Below, piece by piece: positions 25,259 to 30,948 of a DNA stretch of 30,948 bases (positions are counted from its first letter, which is position 1; each line of letters begins with the position of its first letter). The DNA lies in contig JAOZPT010000005.1 in NCBI GenBank assembly GCA_029932605.1, forward strand, positions 57,767 through 88,714. The letters run 5' to 3'. Both the position numbers and the translations under genes were made by a program. Source of the DNA: Candidatus Zixiibacteriota bacterium (GTDB lineage Bacteria > Zixibacteria > MSB-5A5 > UBA10806 > 4484-95). The notes below the pieces were generated by a model, which saw only the letters and a program-made list of their open reading frames with translations, made no database searches and was not told the DNA's origin.

Positions 25259-26193
25259 TAAATAAAGCTGGTCATAATAATTCACATTTTTATTTAGTCA
25301 ACCGTCTGGGTTGGGCTTTCGGGCTGACGGCTTTTATATTTTTTGCGGAGCTTATCGGTGGAATCTTGTCTAATTCGCTTGCTCTTTTATCCGATGCCGG
25401 TCATGTTTTTGGAGATATGCTGGCGCTGGGTTTATCGCTTGGAGCGCTTCTTATCTCACGGAAACCGGCCAACGCCAAGAAAACTTTCGGATATCATCGA
25501 GCAGAGGTAATAGCCGCTCTTATCAATGGTATCTCTCTTATGGTTATCGCCGGTTTAATATTTCACGAAGCTTATCGAAGGCTTATTGAACCGGAACAGG
25601 TCAAGACATTACCGATGCTCATAGTGGCAGTAGTGGGACTGGTAGTGAATATAGTTGTTGCCCTACGCCTGCATCGAGCAGCTGAAAACAACCTCAACAT
25701 AAAGTCAGCTTTTCTGCATGTTGTGGGGGATATGCTCGCCTCGGTGGGTGTTATTGCAGGTGGCCTGATAATGATGTTTACGGGTAATTATATCGCTGAC
25801 CCCATAATATCTGTTGTGGTTGGCCTGATAATCTTGCGTGGTGCCTACAGGGTTGTCAAAGAGGGTATGAATATAATTTTTGAGGGTGTTCCATTAAGGG
25901 TCGATTACGATCTGATTAAACAGGATATCATTCAAACCCCGGGTGTGCTGGGTGTTCATGATTTGCATATCTGGACACTATCATCGTCGAATATCATACT
26001 AACTGTGCATGTGTTACTTGATGGTAAAACCCCCCATGTCGGCAGGGAGGTTTTAGAACACCTGCAGAAGATGTTGAACGAAAAATACGGTATCAACCAT
26101 ACAACGGTTCAACTTGAATGCGAATGCTACGAATGCCCATCAGAGGAAGAATGCCCCGTAAACCGGATTAATGGAAAAGATAACAGCTATTAG
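25255..26193 (+). CDS. Cation diffusion facilitator (CDF) family metal efflux transporter (CzcD/ZitB-like) with a Cys-rich C-terminal tail
   Basis: TM2 'LSDAGHVFGDMLALG' and TM5 'FLHVVGDMLASVGVI' are CDF signature helices with the His/Asp metal sites. The C-terminal tail 'ECECYECPSEEECP' is rich in cysteine. A TTG start overlaps the stop of the upstream gene. Confidence 0.85.
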   Translation: MINKAGHNNSHFYLVNRLGWAFGLTAFIFFAELIGGILSNSLALLSDAGHVFGDMLALGLSLGALLISRKPANAKKTFGYHRAEVIAALINGISLMVIAGLIFHEAYRRLIEPEQVKTLPMLIVAVVGLVVNIVVALRLHRAAENNLNIKSAFLHVVGDMLASVGVIAGGLIMMFTGNYIADPIISVVVGLIILRGAYRVVKEGMNIIFEGVPLRVDYDLIKQDIIQTPGVLGVHDLHIWTLSSSNIILTVHVLLDGKTPHVGREVLEHLQKMLNEKYGINHTTVQLECECYECPSEEECPVNRINGKDNSY

Positions 26194-26353
26194 CATTGTA
26201 GGATTTTTAACAAATTTAAAAGATTAGCCTCTCATATCTTTTTTAAGATAACTTTTATAAAGCCGATAAAAATTATATAGCGTATTTGTAAAAAATTGTA
26301 AGGTTGACATTACATATAGTCAGTCTTAGAAAATTTTATACACGGAGGTTTAA

Positions 26354-27472
26354 ATGGCTATCCTTATGGAAGTTATCGAGTGGGTGGATATGACCGGCAG
26401 CGACATGATCCATCGTTATCCCGAACACGGCTCAGCCGATATCAAGTTTGGCGCACAATTGGTTGTACGGGAATCTCAATCGGCGGTGTTTTTTAAGAAT
26501 GGACGGGCTTATGATGCTGTTGGCCCGGGAAGGCATACTCTTACAAGCTTGAATATTCCTCTTTTGACGAGAGCTCTTTCGTTGCCCTGGAATTTCAAAT
26601 CGCCATTCCGGTGCGAGGTATATTTTACAAATCATAAGGTATTCACCAATCTGAAATGGGGCACCAAAGACCCTGTTGCCTTTCGGGATAAGGAACTTGG
26701 TCTGGTCAGGTTGCGCGGTTATGGCACTTATACCTGCCGGATTACCCAGCCGTTGTTATTTATCAACTCCCTGGTTGGCCGTGAGTCGTGTTTCGGCACC
26801 AATGATATAGAAGATTACCTTCGGGATGTCATAGTTGCCCGTATGAATGATATGTTTGGCGAAAAGCTTGAAACGATACTGGACCTTCCAGCTCAATTCG
26901 ATGAGCTTGGCCTGGAGATTAAACAACGCATATCAGATGATTTCACGAAATATGGTCTTGAGCTGGTCGATTTCTTTTTCACCTCTATCACACCGCCCGA
27001 TGAGGTGCAGAAGATGATCGACGAGAAATCCTCAATGAAGGCAGTGGGAGACCTCGACAAATTCTTGAAGTATTCACTGGCCAAGGCCATGTCCTCCAGC
27101 AGTGATACCGCCAAAGCCGGGGCTGGCATTGGAATGGGAGCAGGCGTTGGTTTGATGGTCCCCGGGCTTTTACAAGGCGCTCTGGCTCCTCAACAGCGTG
27201 ACCTCAAAACCGAGCCGATACCAACCGTTACATGCCCCAAATGCAACACTGATACGCCGGAAAACTCGCGTTTCTGTTATAAATGCGGCTATCAGATGGT
27301 AAAGGTAAACACCTGTCCTGAATGTGGCGCTGAACTTCCACCCGAGGCAAATTTCTGCCATATTTGTGGCAAAAAACTGGCTGAAAGGATCGTTTGTAAC
27401 AAATGTGGAGCTAAACTTCCACCCGGTTCAAAATTCTGCACTAAGTGTGGAGAGAAACTAAACAGTGGCTGA
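26354..27472 (+). CDS. SPFH (stomatin/prohibitin/flotillin)-domain protein of the COG4260 type with three C-terminal zinc ribbons
   Basis: The N-terminus 'LMEVIEWVDMTGSDMIHRYPEHGSADIKFGAQLVVRESQSAVFFKNGRAYDAVGPGRHTLTSLNIP' matches the conserved start of YdjI-like SPFH proteins. Three CxxC...CxxCG ribbons sit at the C-terminus (CPKCN..CYKCG; CPECG..CHICG; CNKCG..CTKCG). GGAGG lies 5 nt before the ATG. Confidence 0.7.
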   Translation: MAILMEVIEWVDMTGSDMIHRYPEHGSADIKFGAQLVVRESQSAVFFKNGRAYDAVGPGRHTLTSLNIPLLTRALSLPWNFKSPFRCEVYFTNHKVFTNLKWGTKDPVAFRDKELGLVRLRGYGTYTCRITQPLLFINSLVGRESCFGTNDIEDYLRDVIVARMNDMFGEKLETILDLPAQFDELGLEIKQRISDDFTKYGLELVDFFFTSITPPDEVQKMIDEKSSMKAVGDLDKFLKYSLAKAMSSSSDTAKAGAGIGMGAGVGLMVPGLLQGALAPQQRDLKTEPIPTVTCPKCNTDTPENSRFCYKCGYQMVKVNTCPECGAELPPEANFCHICGKKLAERIVCNKCGAKLPPGSKFCTKCGEKLNSG

Positions 27473-28850
27473 TCAGCGGTTAATATATAACTGTCCTGGC
27501 TGTGGTAAACCAACTCCATCTCCTGAGGGAGCATTAACTAACAAATGTGAGTATTGCAACCTGGTGGTGAGGATTGGTGGCCCTCACAGGATATTGAAGT
27601 ATTTTTACCCTACTAAAATAAATGCCTATGGCGCCAGGATAGCGGTTGACCGTTACCTTAAAAAACAGGGATTGCCATTATCAGGTAAAATTATAAAGTC
27701 AGAGTTCTTCTACCTTCCATTTTATCGCTTCCGGGGTATGGCCTTAGATTATCTTGCACCAACCGTGGAGATGGTCGAAGTTGCTGAAGATGTTCAAATA
27801 CCGGCAAGGACAAAGTGTAAATTAAAGGGGAAGGAATTCGATATCACGATTCCAGCTTTTACTGATAAGGAGTTTGGGTTGATATCGCTTGGTATAAGGC
27901 CCCATGCTGTGCCGTTGTATGCATTCAGCCGGCAGGATATCCCCGAGGGGACGACTATAGTGAGCTCTGATATTCCACCCCACAAGGCCAGGCATCAAGC
28001 CATGGAGATTCACAAACACAATGTTAGTTTATATAATAAATCAAAACCAATTTACTCGGCTATGATTGGCGAAAGATTATCGGTTATATATTTTCCAATC
28101 TGGGCTGTTACTCATGAAACAAATGGCATGCAGATGACTGTTTTTGTTGATGCTTTAGCTGACCGTGGTTATAGTCATAAAGATAAGCCGTTTGATTATA
28201 AAGGAAAGATCTCAACTGAAGAAAACTCATATTTTTTAAAACCGTTAAGACATCAATGCCCTTATTGCGGAGCCGACCTCAAAGAGAGATATTTTTCATT
28301 ATTTTATCCCTGCAAGAATTGTGGAAGGTCTTACCTTTTAAGGGATGAGGGTTACTCTGAAGTTAAATGCCAGGCGGTTGATACACCTTTATGTGTTCCA
28401 TTCTGGAGGTTTCCTCTTGAATTTAACGGTCAAAGGCATTATAAGACGGTGCGGGATTTCAGTAAATTGCTACCGGCAGAACTGGCTTTAATGCGTAAGC
28501 AGAAGAAGAACAACAGGTTTTATTTATACAGCCCGGCATTTAAGGCAACTGATGTTAACCGATGGGTGAAAAGGGCATTAAGTGTAATTAAAACTCAGCC
28601 TCATGATAAATTGTATGATAGGCTTCCCGCTTTAGGACCGGTTCTTTGTATCGATGAGGACGAGGCCAAGGAGATGGCGGTGTTTTTATGGCGTGTGGCT
28701 ACCAGTAAATATGTAAACCTGCGTAAAGGAGAATTTCAATTCGATGTAAATTATCTGCAATCGGGAGAGGTCGTCTGGTTGCCCGTAGAGGACCACCAGC
28801 TTTTAGGCAAGTCGCTTGGATATAAAGAAGTGAACGTTCTTAAAAATTGA
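27465..28850 (+). CDS. Hypothetical protein with two zinc ribbons and an internal duplication
   Basis: Ribbon 1 is 'CPGCG...CEYCN' at the N-terminus and ribbon 2 is 'CPYCG...CKNCG' at about aa 265. Each is followed by a similar aromatic motif (FYLPFYRFRG and LCVPFWRFPLEFNG). Its start overlaps the SPFH gene stop by 8 nt, and its own stop overlaps the next start by 4 nt. Confidence 0.5.
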   Translation: MADQRLIYNCPGCGKPTPSPEGALTNKCEYCNLVVRIGGPHRILKYFYPTKINAYGARIAVDRYLKKQGLPLSGKIIKSEFFYLPFYRFRGMALDYLAPTVEMVEVAEDVQIPARTKCKLKGKEFDITIPAFTDKEFGLISLGIRPHAVPLYAFSRQDIPEGTTIVSSDIPPHKARHQAMEIHKHNVSLYNKSKPIYSAMIGERLSVIYFPIWAVTHETNGMQMTVFVDALADRGYSHKDKPFDYKGKISTEENSYFLKPLRHQCPYCGADLKERYFSLFYPCKNCGRSYLLRDEGYSEVKCQAVDTPLCVPFWRFPLEFNGQRHYKTVRDFSKLLPAELALMRKQKKNNRFYLYSPAFKATDVNRWVKRALSVIKTQPHDKLYDRLPALGPVLCIDEDEAKEMAVFLWRVATSKYVNLRKGEFQFDVNYLQSGEVVWLPVEDHQLLGKSLGYKEVNVLKN

Positions 28851-29746
28851 AGATGTTAGGCGTAATCGATATCGGCACGAATACCATATTGTGTCTAAAA
28901 GCTTCTATTGGTGAAAATGGTGTGAATATAATCTTCGATAAACGATTTCATTACCGCGCTGGTCAAAGGCTTGATGAAAAAGGGAATATCTCTTCTGAAT
29001 ATAAAACCGGCATGAAGAAAACATTGCTCTTTGCCTTAAAGGACTTGGGAGATTGTTCAAAAATAAAGATTGTAGCCACCGAGGTATTACGCAAACCTGA
29101 GGATGGTTCGGTTTTTGCCCGGGAGTTATCTGACCAAACAGGTCATCACATAGAAATCATCAATCCCCAGAGAGAGGCTGAGTTGAGTTTTTTGGGAGCG
29201 ACATATGGGATGGGTTTCGGTGGAGAGTATATTTCAGTGCTTGATATTGGCGGCGGATCATCCGAGCTGGCAATCGGTAAAAGTGGCAAACTTATTAACT
29301 GGTCAAGCGTTAAGCTGGGCGCCGTAGTTGCATGTGAAACATCAGGTTATGAAAAGAGGTTTGATGAGTATATGGATATCGCTATGAAAACTTTCCAGGG
29401 CTCAGATTTTCATAGGCTGTTAGCTTTGCCTGTTCAACGGAAACTGGTTGTTGGCGGCTCAGCAGTGGCAATTGCGGTGATGTTGTCAAGACAAAGCGAA
29501 TACGATCCCAAGAAGCTACAGGGTTATATCATCCGGAAGGATGAACTTGTTCCTCTTCTCGATAAATTAGGCAGGATGACAATTGATGAAAGGAGAAAAG
29601 CGATGGTATTTGACGCCGGGAGGGCGGATATTATCGTCGGCGGTGGGGCGATTATTTTAGCGTTTATGGAGTTTGCCAGTATATCAGCTTTGACTGTGTC
29701 TATAAGAGGTTTGCGTTACGGGCTCTTAGCGGAACTGGTAAAATAA
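28847..29746 (+). CDS. Ppx/GppA-family phosphatase (exopolyphosphatase / guanosine pentaphosphatase N-terminal ASKHA domain only)
   Basis: 'MLGVIDIGTNTILCLKA' (phosphate-1 loop) and 'VLDIGGGSSELAIGK' (phosphate-2, DIGGGS) are the actin-like ATPase motifs of Ppx/GppA. It is about 299 aa. The ATGA overlap with the upstream gene indicates translational coupling. Confidence 0.75.
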   Translation: MKMLGVIDIGTNTILCLKASIGENGVNIIFDKRFHYRAGQRLDEKGNISSEYKTGMKKTLLFALKDLGDCSKIKIVATEVLRKPEDGSVFARELSDQTGHHIEIINPQREAELSFLGATYGMGFGGEYISVLDIGGGSSELAIGKSGKLINWSSVKLGAVVACETSGYEKRFDEYMDIAMKTFQGSDFHRLLALPVQRKLVVGGSAVAIAVMLSRQSEYDPKKLQGYIIRKDELVPLLDKLGRMTIDERRKAMVFDAGRADIIVGGGAIILAFMEFASISALTVSIRGLRYGLLAELVK

Positions 29747-29794
29747 TCGCTTGACAATAATAAAGATACCGATATTTTATAGTGAAAAAGGAGG

Positions 29795-30814
29795 ATGTCT
29801 GATAAGATTGATAAAGGTATAAAAAGAAAGGTCCGGCGGTTGCGTGATAGAATTAATAGTGTAGTGAATCGTAAGACCTTGATAATTAGAGAGGTAAGAA
29901 ACTTGTCAGACATTTTCCAGAGCACTCTCAATATAATAAAAAGCTCCTTTATACCAGTTACTATTTTGGTTTTATTTATTCTTGTTTCATGCGGTAAAAA
30001 ATCGGTCAAGGATGAAAATCCCATAGTACATGACCTTATCGCACCCGATTATATTCCTATCGGTTTTTCAGATACTGTCTATTTAAGGTTGAGCGTTGAT
30101 GACCCCCAGGGCCTTGATGATATAGATGTAGTGTATTTTACGTTTGATTTTCCCGATGAGTCTTTTTGTCCGGATACCTTTTTTATGGATGATGATGGCC
30201 AGAACGGCGATGATGTTGCCGGGGATGGTGTATTTACTTTTGGCCTGACCGGACCCGATACATCCCAGCAGACCGGGGATTATATTTATCATTTTACTGC
30301 CAGAGATAAAGACAACCATCGGGCCAACACTATCGACAATACAATCACTGTCGATGAAAGCCTTGCTCCATATGTGTATAATCTGAACGCTCCAAATTCA
30401 CTTCAGAAAGGTTCTCCTCAACCAGTCTATCTGTTTTTAGAGGTCTGGGACCCGCAAGGGCTTGGAGATGTCGACTCCGTTTATTTCACAGTAACTCGTC
30501 CGGATGGTTCTTCTAATGATATCCGTTTTTATATGCATGATGATGGTGAAGGTGGTGATTCTTTATCCGGTGATGGTATTTATTCATTGGGGATATCCCC
30601 TCCATCACCGGAGAACCAGTCCGGTGATTACGTTTTTCATTTCACCGCCAAAGATACAGATGGTCACCAGGCAAATGTTATTGATAAAATAATTACAGCT
30701 TACGATAATGGTGGACCGGTGTTATCAAAATTCAAATCTGATTATATAACCACCGTTGATTTCATACAGCAAGTCTACAAAGATAGTATCGTTGATTTGG
30801 TGTTAGTATTCTAG
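29795..30814 (+). CDS. Lipoprotein / membrane-anchored protein with two tandem repeats of about 115 aa carrying acidic D-x-D-G-x-G-D Ca-binding-like motifs; start codon uncertain
   Basis: The hydrophobic segment 'FIPVTILVLFILVSCGKK' ends in a lipobox-like LVSC at aa 66. Repeat 1 (about 30026-30358) and repeat 2 (about 30359-30706) share 'DPQGL.D.D.VYFT...DDDG..GD...GDG...G...P......GDY..HFTA.D.D.H.AN.ID..IT'. An AAAGGAGG directly abuts the ATG at 29795, which is unusually short spacing. A TTG at 29903 preceded by AGAGAGG would instead give a canonical ~30-aa lipoprotein signal. Confidence 0.5.
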   Translation: MSDKIDKGIKRKVRRLRDRINSVVNRKTLIIREVRNLSDIFQSTLNIIKSSFIPVTILVLFILVSCGKKSVKDENPIVHDLIAPDYIPIGFSDTVYLRLSVDDPQGLDDIDVVYFTFDFPDESFCPDTFFMDDDGQNGDDVAGDGVFTFGLTGPDTSQQTGDYIYHFTARDKDNHRANTIDNTITVDESLAPYVYNLNAPNSLQKGSPQPVYLFLEVWDPQGLGDVDSVYFTVTRPDGSSNDIRFYMHDDGEGGDSLSGDGIYSLGISPPSPENQSGDYVFHFTAKDTDGHQANVIDKIITAYDNGGPVLSKFKSDYITTVDFIQQVYKDSIVDLVLVF

Positions 30815-30839
30815 GTAACAGATAAAGGAAGTTCACCTG

Positions 30840-30948
30840 ATGATTAAAAGACCAGAGGTATTAATGAAAGAGATTGTTTTCATCATGTTGATTTTTTCAA
30901 CATCGGCAATAGCCTTTATGAATTACACCCTTGATGAGCCGTATGAGG
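30840..30948 (+). CDS. 5' end of a gene for a secreted or membrane protein (truncated by the window end)
   Basis: ATG at 30840 preceded by AAAGGAAG. The product 'MIKRPEVLMKEIVFIMLIFSTSAIAFMNYTLDEPYE' looks like an N-terminal signal peptide. The frame stays open to the window edge. Confidence 0.3.
   Translation, partial: MIKRPEVLMKEIVFIMLIFSTSAIAFMNYTLDEPYE

Noticed and set aside
1-30948. Mobile elements, CRISPR arrays, prophage or other defence-island signatures, and tRNA/rRNA genes
   Set aside because: There are no direct or inverted terminal repeats, no transposase, integrase or recombinase motifs, no regularly spaced short repeats, and no cloverleaf-like conserved tRNA boxes in the intergenic regions. 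Composition is uniform across the window, so nothing points to horizontally acquired DNA.

Overview
The window is a single contiguous bacterial chromosomal segment of roughly 42% GC. Composition is homogeneous, and I found no transposase, integrase, CRISPR array, rRNA or convincing tRNA. Many iron-sulfur proteins suggest an anaerobe. From start to end it contains: (1) a 2x[4Fe-4S] ferredoxin on the minus strand at the left edge. (2) A large membrane protein of the DUF2723 (glycosyltransferase-like) family with tetratricopeptide-repeat (TPR) motifs in its C-terminus, behind a near-consensus sigma70 promoter. (3) An eight-gene minus-strand sugar-modification operon at 3851..13254, of the kind found in surface-polysaccharide (exopolysaccharide) loci. 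It encodes a UDP-GlcNAc 2-epimerase, an NAD-dependent epimerase/dehydratase, an AsnB-family amidotransferase, a glutamine-synthetase-family ligase, an acyl carrier protein (ACP), an acyl-CoA ligase, a NadE-like PP-loop amidating enzyme and a polysaccharide deacetylase. The deacetylase resembles the PEP-CTERM-locus subfamily (its FDVEDYF motif) that accompanies exosortase-associated exopolysaccharide clusters. (4) A divergent three-gene plus-strand operon with coupled start/stop overlaps. Its first gene encodes a Tat-signal protein, its second a NapH/MauN-type membrane polyferredoxin, and its third a secreted lipoprotein-like protein. It lies convergent to a fused membrane-cytochrome/HdrD-like Fe-S oxidoreductase. 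(5) An M29 aminopeptidase. (6) An outer-membrane-type protein with beta-helical repeats. (7) A small RRM-type RNA-binding protein with a strong intrinsic terminator, followed by a gene-free stretch of about 780 bp. (8) An M23 peptidase. (9) A DUF523/TudS-like protein and a CDF metal exporter, which overlap. (10) A translationally coupled triad (26354..29746): an SPFH-domain protein with a triple zinc ribbon, a zinc-ribbon protein with an internal duplication, and a Ppx/GppA-type phosphatase. (11) A lipoprotein with two tandem repeats of about 115 aa carrying acidic, Ca-binding-like motifs. (12) The start of one further secreted protein at the right edge. The candidates I consider most novel are the amide-ligase-rich sugar-modification operon, the Tat-signal/polyferredoxin operon, and the SPFH/zinc-ribbon/Ppx triad.
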